From Nitrosopumilus sp. (GTDB taxonomy: Archaea; Thermoproteota; Nitrososphaeria; Nitrososphaerales; Nitrosopumilaceae), in contig OZ242041.1 of the NCBI GenBank assembly GCA_965205215.1, positions 512,001-576,000 of the forward strand: 64,000 nt of DNA, in the 5' to 3' direction. The translations under genes and the position numbers were made by a program. Shown here piece after piece: positions 50,033-61,300 of the stretch; the first letter of the stretch is position 1, and each line of letters begins with the position of its first letter. The notes beneath the pieces were generated by a model. It saw only the letters and a list, made by a program, of their open reading frames with translations. It was not told the origin of the DNA and searched no databases.

Positions 50033-51166
50033 ATGCCTGATAGTGACAGTGTGATCGCGATCGACGAGGACGAGCTTGCCGTAAGAAATCTCCGCCTCTC
50101 GGATCCTGACGTCGTGGGATATTTCAGGGATCAGAGGCCGGCGCTGAGGCAAGAAAGATTCGTGACGGCTGTCAGGACGGGCGTCATAGCTCTAAAGAGC
50201 ACTGACGTGTCGGAGAGGGTCGATTATGTGGAAAAGAAATTCCAAGAGATGGGCCGGAGATTTGACAACTCATTGAGCGACGCGTTGGACAAGATGGACG
50301 AGTACCTTGGGGACGAGGGGACGATGCGCGACATAGCCAAGGAGTATCTTGGGAAGGACGGTACACTGATCAGGGACGTCCTTAATCCAGAGGCCGAGGC
50401 CAGTCCCCTCTACAGCCTGAGACGAGCCATGACAGATGAGGTCGACCGTCTCAGGACTGATCTCGGGCTCAAAAAAGAAAGGGCGGAGGTTGCGAGTGCG
50501 ACTACACTCAAGGGACGGGTCTTTGAAGGGTACTGCGAGGAGATCCTTGAAGGTTACGCCATGGGGTACGGGGACATAGTGGAGAACACCGCCGACGTAC
50601 TGGGTTCACTGAGGGGCAAGAAGGGCGATCTGGTCGTGACGCTGAACGGATCAGACGACAGAATCGCCTTTGAGTTAAAGGACGTGGATCGCATATCCGG
50701 TCCTGAAATACGGAAAACCTTGGACGAGTCCATTAAGAACAGGGACGCGTCGTATGGAGTGCTGGTTGCAAAGTACGTCGAATCTCTTCCGGGCGATGTC
50801 TGGTTCCAGGAGATGGACAGCAACAAGCTTGTAGTCGCGCTGGGCTCAAGGGAGGGGGATAAGGAGGCTGACGCCGTTCCTCACAAGGGCCCGCTGATAG
50901 TTGCGTACCACTGGGCCAAGACCAGAGTCGTGACGGACAAACTTGCGAAAAGGGGAATAGACACTGGAGCCATAGCAGAGAAGACCGTGCTGATAAGATC
51001 CAAGATCAAGGAGATGGCGCGCATAAAATCAGAATGCACTAACATTCGGAAATCTGCGGACAATATAGAAAATCGGGTCAAAGAACTGGAGTCCGGCATA
51101 AAGGACGCGCTTGATGGCGTCACATCGTCTCTGGATTCGGTTGATACACAACAGACTGTGGCGTAA
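50033..51166 (+). CDS. Coiled-coil PD-(D/E)xK protein (RmuC/DUF2130-like)
   Basis: Coiled coils flanking KG-FE...GD...FELK...R-A-G; start uncertain. Confidence 0.65.
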   Translation: MPDSDSVIAIDEDELAVRNLRLSDPDVVGYFRDQRPALRQERFVTAVRTGVIALKSTDVSERVDYVEKKFQEMGRRFDNSLSDALDKMDEYLGDEGTMRDIAKEYLGKDGTLIRDVLNPEAEASPLYSLRRAMTDEVDRLRTDLGLKKERAEVASATTLKGRVFEGYCEEILEGYAMGYGDIVENTADVLGSLRGKKGDLVVTLNGSDDRIAFELKDVDRISGPEIRKTLDESIKNRDASYGVLVAKYVESLPGDVWFQEMDSNKLVVALGSREGDKEADAVPHKGPLIVAYHWAKTRVVTDKLAKRGIDTGAIAEKTVLIRSKIKEMARIKSECTNIRKSADNIENRVKELESGIKDALDGVTSSLDSVDTQQTVA

Positions 51167-52671
51167 ACGCTTGCCGTATGACGCTGTTGCCTCAAGATTG
51201 CGTTTGCGAACGCGACTTGGATCTTGTCGCTGCAGAAACCTACGTCAGTCAAAGATGTTCTACATCCAACTTCTATGATGCGGCTCTCTTTTCAGGATAT
51301 GCAAGGTACCATTGCTGAGGCGCGCGGTGAAATGACGGGATTGGCGCCTCTTCGTATCTGTGATGTTCTGCCGATCGCTGGCAACTCCCACCGCCGTAAA
51401 TTGGCCCCAGAAATCTTACTGGCTGATCAGAGCTCGCTGTATGGAGAATCTCAAAGTCGCGGATTTGTCGGCTGGCTTGGCTGCACGGTGGTGATTTACG
51501 ACTTGTCCCTGTCGGGTTGCGCAGGTACTTCCAACTTTGCAGTATTGGAAACAGCCGCGGAATCATTACCGGTGCCGGATCACGAGTCTCGGTGTACGTG
51601 GCAGGCGAGGCTTCTTGGAGAATCATGATTATGACTACTTATTAGTTGTAGAGTGGGACGATAGCCTCGTTCGAACCACTACTCTTACGTCCCGGCCTGA
51701 GATAAAGCGGGAGCCAGCTTGGCTTGGCAGGGAGTGGCGACTCTGACTGTGAAAGACCGTCCAGAGTAGCCGTGCCGCTGCTATGCAGCGTACATGGAAG
51801 TCCACGCGGGGCTAGCAGTGCACTGCATGCAGTCTGGTTGGGGGTCGTCGTGGAGCATGGCAGGGCCGTGCCTCTGGACGCGTGTCCGGCCCAACTTGAC
51901 AGTCCTGCACGTATCTTACTGTCTGTCAACGCTGTTGCCTGCCTGCAGTCCAAGGAAGGCAGCCCGCCTGCACGGGCCGGTTTGGCGAACGCTTTCTGAG
52001 AATTTCGGCATTATTCCAGTTATAACATTGCATTCAACCTTATGATTTTACGAGCAAAGACAGAGAAAATACACAATATTCTCACATCTTGGTCGTAATC
52101 ATCGTACGGACGATTCCCGTGGACATCGTCCCTGGCAAGAGCCTGATCAAGAAGCTGGGCCCCGTCGGGGCGGCCTTGCGTCGGAGGAAAAGCTCCAGTC
52201 GATTGCAAGGCGCAGAACGCTGCTGGACGGCATCGACGAATATCTGGGAGGCGGACGCGCTGGCAGCCCTGAATACTCCGCGTTGTCTGTCGAGAAGGGC
52301 ATCATCCCATAGCCGAACGGTACGGGTTCGGGAACGAGCCGTAGTTGAAAAGTTCATCATGGACTCTGGGGCGCTCGCACATAACGCGGAGGGCGGACTG
52401 CGTCACGAGGGGAGGCGTGTGCATGCTCTTCCACGCGGCCGGAGACGCGGACTGCGCATGTCCGACGACCCCGCACCGCCTGATATCCTGGCCTGCATGT
52501 GGCATGCTCGAGGCGCGAGAGCGGCCACATCAACAGCAATTTGGTGACCGCGTATGTCCGTGTTAACACCATGCCGTCGAACGGGGTTTTCTAGCCACCG
52601 GGCACAGCCGCATCGACATACAAAGCTTATAATGCTTTTTTGCAATTGTAGACACAGCAAGGCGTCTGCTA

Positions 52672-53961
52672 ATGAAGGAATCCCTCACCAAACTCAAGAT
52701 TGATAATTTTAAAAGTCTCAAAGACCTTGAAATCTCGCTGAACCAGTTTAACGTGCTGATTGGGCCAAACGGCTCGGGCAAGACAAACGTACTCGAGTCG
52801 ATCCAGCTTGCGGTATTGTGCATGTCCCCGCAACGGGCTCCGGCATATCCGTTTGCAGACTGGGGTGGATACAGGAACATAGTATGGTCAGGCAACGAGC
52901 ATGAGCCAATCTCGTTACGGATTGGATACTCCATAGACGGATACGACGTTGAATACGCTTCTACGATTGCAAGCCAAAACAACAACCGGCTGGACATACT
53001 CGAGGAGGGGCTTTACATCAAGGACTATCTGGACGTGACACTCAAACTAGACGGGGTTCATTACGACGTCGGCCAGTCTTTTATGTCAAGTATTAACCGC
53101 CTTGATGAGAATAAGAAGATTACAGATGTGCTCGCAAGCCACTTTGTGGTTCCTCATCCCAACAGCAGCGTATCAATCGTGAGATCTGTCTGCTGGAGAA
53201 AGACTGTAATGAACTATGGAAATTTTGTCGTACTGCAATCGGACGCGACTGTTGATGACTCCGGGAGAGGCCACTACCTGCTTGCCTCACCGCGTCTTGA
53301 AGGAAGGAAACGCAACCACGATTCCCTGTATAACGCAGCACTTGATTACCTGACCGATGAAAACAGCGTTATCATGCTAAAACAACTTGACTACGACAAC
53401 CTGCGTCACTCCGTTCCCATTAATTATTACGAAGATCTGGGGGAGGACGGGGACGGACTGATTAATCTGTTATATCAGTGGTATGTCAAAAACCACCAGT
53501 TGCCGGAGGGGATCACATTGGCCCTTGAGGCGCTGTTCCCGAACTGGCAGGTCTCTTTTCAGGTCATACCGGGAAGCGACGTAATAATGACGGTACACGA
53601 CGGGAGGACGGAGCTGGCACCCGCGTCCATACCTGACGGCTTTTACAAGCTGCTGGCAATCCTTGCCGCCGTGGAGCTCGGTCCAAAAATTTTGCTGATT
53701 GACGAGATAGAGAACTCGTTGCACGGAAGAATCATAGAGTACGTCGTGGATCTGCTGCGAACCATTGATTCCACGGTGATTGTTACGACCCACTCGCCCC
53801 TTGTCATAGACTATGTCGACATTGCCAGTCTGGTAATTCTGGAGCGAGACAGTCGTGGAACCGCCTGTCGCAGAACCAAGGATCCGGACCGGCTCAGAGA
53901 GGACTTGGCAGACAAGGGCATTACCCCAAGCGAGTCGTGGCTGTATGGTGACCTACGATGA
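52672..53961 (+). CDS. ABC-type ATPase (AAA_15/AAA_21)
   Basis: NFKS, IGPNGSGKTN, degenerate signature (IPDG), IDEIENSLH, TTHSP. Confidence 0.9.
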   Translation: MKESLTKLKIDNFKSLKDLEISLNQFNVLIGPNGSGKTNVLESIQLAVLCMSPQRAPAYPFADWGGYRNIVWSGNEHEPISLRIGYSIDGYDVEYASTIASQNNNRLDILEEGLYIKDYLDVTLKLDGVHYDVGQSFMSSINRLDENKKITDVLASHFVVPHPNSSVSIVRSVCWRKTVMNYGNFVVLQSDATVDDSGRGHYLLASPRLEGRKRNHDSLYNAALDYLTDENSVIMLKQLDYDNLRHSVPINYYEDLGEDGDGLINLLYQWYVKNHQLPEGITLALEALFPNWQVSFQVIPGSDVIMTVHDGRTELAPASIPDGFYKLLAILAAVELGPKILLIDEIENSLHGRIIEYVVDLLRTIDSTVIVTTHSPLVIDYVDIASLVILERDSRGTACRRTKDPDRLREDLADKGITPSESWLYGDLR

Positions 53962-54428
53962 GGTTTGTATTTCTGGTAGAGGATTATTTTGGCCGTGACT
54001 TCTTCAAAAAGTTCTTTTCTAAAAAAGCATCGGAGAATGTCTTTTCAGGACGGTTAAAGGATTCATACACCTACAATCTTGGGGCAAAGATGGGCCGAAT
54101 AATCGGCGCAAACTTGGGCGACGCTGATCGCGTTATAGTAATTGCGGACGCCGACGGACAAGACCCTGAAGAGAAGAAACAGCGTATTCGCAAATATGTT
54201 GGAAGCAGACACGCAAATCGTGTCAGAATAGTAATGCTGGATTATGAGATAGAGGAGTGGATATGCTATTCCCAAGGCCTCAAGTTCGGTGACCAGAAGC
54301 CTTCTGCCATCCTCAAACATAAAGAAGGATACCAGAAAAGGCAACTGCCGACATATGCGGAGCGTTTGGATTGCGACAAGCTGCAAAACTGCACCAGCTT
54401 CAGACGCCTCCTGTCTGCGCTTGAGTAA
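53958..54428 (+). CDS. TOPRIM-like (DUF4276-like) partner protein
   Basis: LVE, DAD, EIEEW, SF-L motifs; ATGA overlap with the ATPase. Confidence 0.7.
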   Translation: MRFVFLVEDYFGRDFFKKFFSKKASENVFSGRLKDSYTYNLGAKMGRIIGANLGDADRVIVIADADGQDPEEKKQRIRKYVGSRHANRVRIVMLDYEIEEWICYSQGLKFGDQKPSAILKHKEGYQKRQLPTYAERLDCDKLQNCTSFRRLLSALE

Positions 54429-54563
54429 ACCATGCAAGCTGGCGTTCTACCGGAGGACTTGTCGATATCCCAACCTCCGCAATGACCGAGACTTGTGTGC
54501 TGCGCACACGGGATCGCCCAAACGGTGTGCTGCTGCTGAGTTGCAAAAGAACGCCGGATCCCG

Positions 54564-55466
54564 TCAGCTGCCCGGCAGCCTGTACGCGGTGCGCGAGTCG
54601 ATCTCCGTTGCCTTGGCCTTGTAACCGTCCGGGTACAGGTTGCGCAAATACTCCAGTTCCTCGTCCGCGCCGTCCTTGGTGCTGGTCCACCAGTACCTCT
54701 CTGACTGGTTCCACTTGTACCCGCGGCTTTTTAGCTCGTCCTTGACGTCAAAGCTGTTGCCGTGGGCGACCACCTTTACGGACGGCTCCAGCATGAGGTT
54801 CAGGCTGCCCGGCACCACGCCCAGCAGCCACGCGGTCGCAAGGCAGTCGGCGTGCGCCCTGTGGTGGTCAAAGAACCACCCCTCGCGCATCAGCAGCTCG
54901 CCCAGCCCCCGCGTGCCGTGTCCCAGTTCCCACCACGGTATCTCCTCCATGGTGCACTTCCACCTGCAGTCGTTTGGGACGATGCGATCAAAGAACGGGC
55001 GGTCGAACTTTGCGTTGTGGGCCGCCATTACGGGATCGCCGCGGATCATGTCGCGCACCTTGTCCGCGTCGATGTGCTTGCCGCGCACCATGTCGTCCGT
55101 TATCCCGGTCAGCTTGGTTATCTTGTCGGATATGGGCTCGCCGGGATCCTCGAACATGTCGAGCGCCTCGTCTACTCCCGCAAGCCTCCCCTCCGAGTCG
55201 TAACGGCACCGCACCATGCCGATCTCTATGACCTTGTCCGTGTCGTGGCTGAGCCCCGTGGTCTCAAAGTCCACTATTACGACGGTGGTGTCGTCGTGGC
55301 GCGGCTCTGCAAGCCTTATCGGGATGTCGTCGTAACGCAGGGGGACCTTTTCCAGCACGCGGTAGTCCTCCGGGTTCCTTGCGATGCCCTCGGCGTGCGC
55401 GCCGGACGGCTTTTTCTGCGTTCCCGTCGGGGTGCGCCACATGGCGTCGCGCCGACGTGCGGTCAA
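54564..55466 (-). CDS. DnaQ-like DEDDh 3'-5' exonuclease
   Basis: DFETTG, LTGI, AHNAKFD, HRA-D; C-terminal FD-KD-LK-RGY-W; start uncertain. Confidence 0.88.
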   Translation of the reverse strand: MTARRRDAMWRTPTGTQKKPSGAHAEGIARNPEDYRVLEKVPLRYDDIPIRLAEPRHDDTTVVIVDFETTGLSHDTDKVIEIGMVRCRYDSEGRLAGVDEALDMFEDPGEPISDKITKLTGITDDMVRGKHIDADKVRDMIRGDPVMAAHNAKFDRPFFDRIVPNDCRWKCTMEEIPWWELGHGTRGLGELLMREGWFFDHHRAHADCLATAWLLGVVPGSLNLMLEPSVKVVAHGNSFDVKDELKSRGYKWNQSERYWWTSTKDGADEELEYLRNLYPDGYKAKATEIDSRTAYRLPGS

Positions 55467-55550
55467 AAAAAGTCTTTGCGGCCCGCACGGCGGCAGCAGC
55501 CGGTGCCGGGCCGCCGCCTGTGTCGCGCGCCGGCTTGCAGGCCGCGGTAG

Positions 55551-56294
55551 TCAAGTGGTGGGCCCGCCATCCATATCCTGCGGGCCGTGTTCTCCCTCGC
55601 TTTGCTGCTGACGCCTCCTCTGCATCTCCCCTATGGCCTCCTTCAGCCTCCCGGCGGACACCATGCCCCCCTTTTTCATCCGCGCAAACAGTTCCGCGTA
55701 CCGGAATTCCCTCTCCGAGTACTCTAGTATCTTTTCGTACTCGCCGTCAAAGTAGTGCTGTATCTCGTCGCCTCCGGAGGTCTCCTTGACGGGCAGTCCG
55801 TACGCGTGCATCAGCGTGTCGTGCCTGAGCCCTGCAATGTCATAGCCGTTGAGCGGCAGATGCATCTGTAGCGTGTCGCATACCACCACCCCCTCCACCA
55901 GCCTGCGGTATACCTCGCGCCCGCCGTCTATGTTGTGGCGCAGCATCCTGGTGTACAGGAACGGCAGGTCAAATCTAGTCAGGTTGTGCCCTATGATTCT
56001 AAAGCCCCTGATCCTCTGGAACCTTGAGAGCATCCCGTAGAACTCGGCGAGTATGGCTCTCTCGTCCGACTCCCACTCCGCGAGGCGGCGCACGGGCCCG
56101 TGCTCGCCGAGCTGGTATGTAATCAGTATGACCTTGCCGTCTGCCGCGCTGAGGGCCCCCTTTCTCACCTTCCAGTATGTGTCGGGATCCGACTGTTTCG
56201 TGAGAGTGCCCTGCCCTATGCGCATGTTCGCGTCCGCGTACTCTGGCGCGGACATGTCCGGCGCGGTCTCGATGTCCAGGAAGAGGTCCATCAA
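55551..56294 (-). CDS. Stand-alone PolB-type 3'-5' exonuclease (RNase H-like)
   Basis: LDIET, E-IL-F, GHN-FDLPFL, I-Y. Confidence 0.78.
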   Translation of the reverse strand: MMDLFLDIETAPDMSAPEYADANMRIGQGTLTKQSDPDTYWKVRKGALSAADGKVILITYQLGEHGPVRRLAEWESDERAILAEFYGMLSRFQRIRGFRIIGHNLTRFDLPFLYTRMLRHNIDGGREVYRRLVEGVVVCDTLQMHLPLNGYDIAGLRHDTLMHAYGLPVKETSGGDEIQHYFDGEYEKILEYSEREFRYAELFARMKKGGMVSAGRLKEAIGEMQRRRQQQSEGEHGPQDMDGGPTT

Positions 56295-56589
56295 ACGCCT
56301 GTACGGTGCTGTACTCTAAAACATTGTGGGCTTAGCCACGTGGCCGTTGGCTGCGTGCGCCGTTATGTGCCAAGTCGCATCCGTGTCTCGGGTAATCTTG
56401 ACTGGGGACCCAGTGTGCGCGGACGCCCTGAAACATCTCCCAACCAGGTCAGAGCTTGGACAAGGTTCCGGGGCGCGCATGAGCATGATACCTGCCAGCT
56501 GAGACCGGTACGTAAAATCGACATGTCGCGTCTGCGGATCTGAATCAGACGCCGCCCTCCCGAATGTATATTTTTATACCAATAATTGA

Positions 56590-57969
56590 GTGACAAGCGC
56601 GTTGTGTCCAACGCAGAAAGTCATGGTGGCGGCGGTAGTGGCATTCTGTGCTGTTGTGGGCGCCACTCTGGCAATTCCGGCTCATGCGCAAACCCTGGGC
56701 GAAATCCCGGCAGAGGGAATACTGGTGTACAAGAACGGAACGCACATCACCGTCGATTGGCAGGATGCAGAGCACGCCACAAAGTATCTGGTGCAAATAT
56801 ACCTTGGTATACGTGTTGCAGACGGACTATTTGTCACAGACTCGATTTTGGTAAACAAGGAGTTGACACCGAACATGGAACACACCATAAAGGCCACTCC
56901 ATACAGGGATTTCAGAGCGGGTGTGGAGACAGAGTTGGCGGTAGTTACACTCGATGGTGTGTCGACAACTCCATTGCCTCCGCCCCCTACAACCCCGACT
57001 ACTCCCACAACGCCTACCACACCCACTACACCGACAACCCCTACAACCCCGACTACTCCCACAACGCCTACCACACCCACTACACCGACAACCCCGACTA
57101 CGCCTACCACGCCTACAAACCTGGTCACCGCCATTACGATCCTGACAGGTATCATAGAAGAGCTCGCACTGAAAATAGCAGCACTGGAGGCAGAGATTGC
57201 GGGGCTGAAGGGAACCTTGGGAGGGCAGATCGTGGTGCCAGTCACTGATTCGGGCGACTTTATCCCCGTCTATCATGGTGCAACGGGTAGAAGCAACCTG
57301 GAGCAGAAATCATATTATGAGAATCAGTTGTTTCTTGAGGGTTTCACGGGACGCCTGACCCAGACGCTTGCCCTGCCCTACAACGTTTATCTCACAATGG
57401 ATGAATGTGACGAACCCGAGGCGGTTTATTATCCGGATTACAAGCGCATAGTCATCTGCTACGAATTCGTCACATTTCTTGAAGAACGGCTGGCACCGTA
57501 CTACAACACGGATGCGGAACTGTCCCGGGGTGTCAACGGTTTCGTTACGTGGGTCATGCTGCACGAGCTGGGGCATGCCCTGATTGACGTGTATGACCTG
57601 CCGGTTACAGGAAATGAGGAGGACGCGGTGGATCAATTCGCCACGATAATCGCGCTGGAATACATCCCGCCTGATCAGGCCGGCAACGTTCTCCGCTCGA
57701 CTCTGCTCGCGTGGTCCCTAGGCCAAAGCAGTATCCTTACTGAAGGGCAGCTTGCGGGCCCCCACTCGCTGGCTTCCCAGAGATTCTACAACGTGGCGTG
57801 CTGGATGTATGGAAGCAACGTACATGCATATTCGAACTTTGTCGACAACGGCTTTCTTACGGAGGCGAGGGCCAGTCAGTGCCAGTCCGAGTACGAGCGC
57901 ATGAGCGAGAGCTGGTACAGGCTGGTCAGTCCGTTTCTGATCAACCCGGGATCAGTGCAGCCGCCCTGA
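56590..57969 (+). CDS. Secreted protein: FN3-like domain, PTT linker, short coiled coil, DUF4344-like metallopeptidase
   Basis: Signal peptide; C-A-Y-P...ICYE, HELGHALI, G-EEDAVD, H...R-N-C-YG, RA-C-E. Confidence 0.8.
   Translation: MTSALCPTQKVMVAAVVAFCAVVGATLAIPAHAQTLGEIPAEGILVYKNGTHITVDWQDAEHATKYLVQIYLGIRVADGLFVTDSILVNKELTPNMEHTIKATPYRDFRAGVETELAVVTLDGVSTTPLPPPPTTPTTPTTPTTPTTPTTPTTPTTPTTPTTPTTPTTPTTPTTPTNLVTAITILTGIIEELALKIAALEAEIAGLKGTLGGQIVVPVTDSGDFIPVYHGATGRSNLEQKSYYENQLFLEGFTGRLTQTLALPYNVYLTMDECDEPEAVYYPDYKRIVICYEFVTFLEERLAPYYNTDAELSRGVNGFVTWVMLHELGHALIDVYDLPVTGNEEDAVDQFATIIALEYIPPDQAGNVLRSTLLAWSLGQSSILTEGQLAGPHSLASQRFYNVACWMYGSNVHAYSNFVDNGFLTEARASQCQSEYERMSESWYRLVSPFLINPGSVQPP
56986..57117 (+). 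repeat. (Pro-Thr-Thr)x14 coding repeat containing an exact 54-bp tandem duplication
   Basis: 56986-57039 is identical to 57040-57093. Confidence 0.93.
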
Positions 57970-58294
57970 TCCAACGATTGCCGGGCCGCCCCTTGAGGTG
58001 GGCAGACGTGTGGGCGTGACACGGCATGCCGTATCCCCCCTCCCCCGCAAAAGGCGGAGCCGCCAAACTGCAAGTCTGAGTGGCGGCGTGCCCGGCTCTC
58101 CCCGCAGTGATCGGTAGGCGGCCCGCGGAGCGGTACCTGGCGCGGCGGATGGATGTCTGGCCGGCCGCTGCGCGGCAGCATGGCCGTCCTGCCCCCAATC
58201 CTCCGGCGACCGCCATATTGGTACAAACATAAAACAGCCGTGCAGCGTGATACAGTGGCGTCCCGTGCCTAGATCTATGAATCAATCGTCCATC

Positions 58295-58310
58295 ACGCTT
58301 ATAAGTAAAT
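58295..58310 (+). promoter_or_regulatory. Probable TATA box of the S-layer gene
   Basis: CTTATAAG about 30 bp upstream of ATG 58334, in an AT-rich patch. Confidence 0.55.
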
Positions 58311-58333
58311 TTTTTTGACAGGCCATCAATAAC

Positions 58334-61300
58334 ATGCAAAACGAAATCTACAGAAAATATACTAGCATAACGCTAATGGCAATCATGGTCGCCGGAGGGC
58401 TGACCTTTGCGATACCAGGCGTGGACCCCGTGTTTGCGGAAGTGAGCACGTCCAACCCGCACCTGTACGTGTCTGCAGAGGGCCAGGACCCCGACAACAT
58501 CTTTGCCGAAGGAAACATAATCGAAGTAATCATAAGAGATGATACAATAGGAGATACCGACGAGGGAGAGGCAGAGCCAGAGGTTACCGTAAACGGTGCC
58601 GACCTGAGGATGCTTCAGACTGCCAACGGCTACTGGACGGCATACTTTGCCGAGGTGGACGCTCTGGCGGGCATTGATAGCCTCCCCTACGGCGAATACT
58701 GTACCGAGACCCAGGCATCAACGGTAACCGGCCTTCAACTAAGCGACGGCAACGGCATTTACCTGCCACCCGGTTCAAACTGCGCAAACGACTCCACTAC
58801 TGCCGACGGGCACCCCCTGATAAGGGAGCCCCGAGACCTGACTAACTATGACGGCAACTCGCTTGGACAGCTTGGACTGTCCAACGCGAACCTGTGGCCC
58901 TTCATCCAAGTGTTCGACTTTACGTCACTGTCTGACGTCGAGATCGTCTACAACAGGGGCGGCACCCAAGAGAGTGTCACCCTCACGTTTGACGACCCGT
59001 CAGAGTCGCACACACTAGACAGGCAAAAGTACCCGCAGGGCGCTCACGTGCACATCGCGCTGATGGACTATGCGCTAAACATAGACCCGACAGACGAGGA
59101 CACGTGGGTGTTCGACACCCAGAACGGTGCCGCATACTACAACCTGTTTGACGAGGACGGAAACGTCCTAACCGCGATGAACCCGGTGAGCGTAGGCTCT
59201 GAGGCCGGCATCGACGAGACCGTCAGCATAAACAGGGGCGCGCAGGGCAACAACGTGATCGAGTGCCAGGTGACAAAGGACTTTGGAATACAGGAGGAAG
59301 ATGACGCAAGCAAGGATTACCTGATGGTTAACGACTACGGCGCCTGCGTGCCCAACACGCTGGGCGGCAACGCTGCCGACCTGTTCAATGACGACAGCTT
59401 CGCGATAGGATTCGTGGAGGACGGCTCGAACAACAACGTGTTCATAAACTGGGCCGAGGACCAGAGGTCCAACATCGTCGTACTGGACGACGCGCTGAGG
59501 GGCAACAGCTTCGAGGTGGACTACAGCTCTCCGGACGCAAAGTCCGGGGTCGTAGGACACTTCTTTGCCGAGCTATCCCTCGACGTGTCTGACGGCGTCT
59601 GGAACTCTGGCGAACGCATACCCATCGTACTGACCGACATGGACGCCAACGTGAATCCCCTCGCAGAGGACGACCTCACGGTGGCCAATCCGAACAGCCT
59701 GCTGGTGCCATCAATCAGGATAGGTTCACCGGTTACGCTGGCGTCGGCCACGGGCGACGTGGAATGGGTCGACCTGGCAGAGGACGACAACACGGCACCG
59801 ACCATCACGCTCAACGGCGGCGACGTTACTCTGGTGCAGGGTACGACCTACACCGAGCAGGGCGCCGTATGTGACGACGACCGCGACGCGGACAAGGATG
59901 CAACAGCATCCGGCAACGTGGATGTCGATACGGCTGGCACCTACACGGTCACATACTCCTGCATGGACAACGCTGGAAACAGCGCAACGTCCGTAACCAG
60001 GACCGTAACCGTCGTGGAGGCCGACAACACCGCACCCACAGTCACGCTGAACGGCAATGCAGCCGCTACGGCGGTGCAGGGTACGACCTACAACGATCCG
60101 GGCGCCGTATGTAGCGACAACGTCGACGCGGACAAGACGGCCACGCCGTCCGGTACCGTAGACACCGCTACGCTTGGCCCCCAGACTATAACGTACACCT
60201 GTACTGACAGCTCTGGCAACACATCAACTGCTACTAGGACAGTAACGGTCGTAGAGGCCGACGAGGAGGCGCCCACAATCACGCTGAACGGCAATGCAGC
60301 CGACACGGTGGTGCAGGGCGGAACCTACACCGACCCGGGAGCCATATGTATCGACAACGTCGACGCACAAAAGGCGGCCACGCCGTCCGGTACCGTAGAC
60401 ACCGCTACGCTTGGCCCCCAGACTATAACGTACACCTGTACTGACAGCTCTGGGAACGAAGCGACGCCGGTGACCAGGACCGTAACGGTCGAAGAGGCCG
60501 ACACCGAGGCGCCCACAGTCACGCTGAATGGTGACGCCACCATCAGGATAGTGCAGGGCGGAACCTACACCGAGCCGGGCGCCGTATGTGACGACGCGGT
60601 CGACGGACAGTCGGCGGCCACGCCATCCGGCAACGTGAATACCAACGCGGTTGGCACCTATACGGTAACGTACACCTGTACGGACAGCTCTAACAACAGC
60701 GCAACTGCAGACAGAACAATCCATGTAGGACTGCCCGTGGTACTGGCGAACATCGTCAGGGACGCCGACGGATGGACCGACGGGGTGTACGAACTCACAG
60801 TGACAGGAACCGTATCCTCAGACGAGCGGGATGTAGAACTCACCACGGACGATATCGAGGACTTTATCCCGATTTCCGTGCCCGTAGCCAACGACGGCAG
60901 CATAAACGGCACGGTGGCTCTGACCAACATCGGGGCCTCCGGAGACATCACGTTCCAGCTGGTCTCTGCGCAAGGCGCCGAGTCAAACGAGTTTACCGTG
61001 AACATACCGCCGATACTGCAACTGTTCAGCATCCAGGCCGCACCACAGTGGGTTATTGCTGATCCTACTAATCTACAAGTTCCAAACCCCCAACTCGAAC
61101 TACGACTAAGTGGTAGTCACGGGGTGGGTAATGCACCATACAGTGTGAGTCTGGTTACGGTGGACGATCCATTAACCGCAGTAATACCGGGAGTCGTATT
61201 TACCAACGACGCTACCACAAGGAATATGAGTGACACCTCTATATCCGACAGAACCCAGTTTATGCTGGCAGTCGTGGTCGGCGACGAGGTCATTGCACAG

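Larger units (their letters stand above)
37040..56300. other. Defence island (~19 kb), boundaries approximate
   Basis: Run of toxin-antitoxin, nuclease, helicase and ATPase genes, lower GC than the core, long degenerate intergenic tracts; no integrase seen. Confidence 0.75.
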
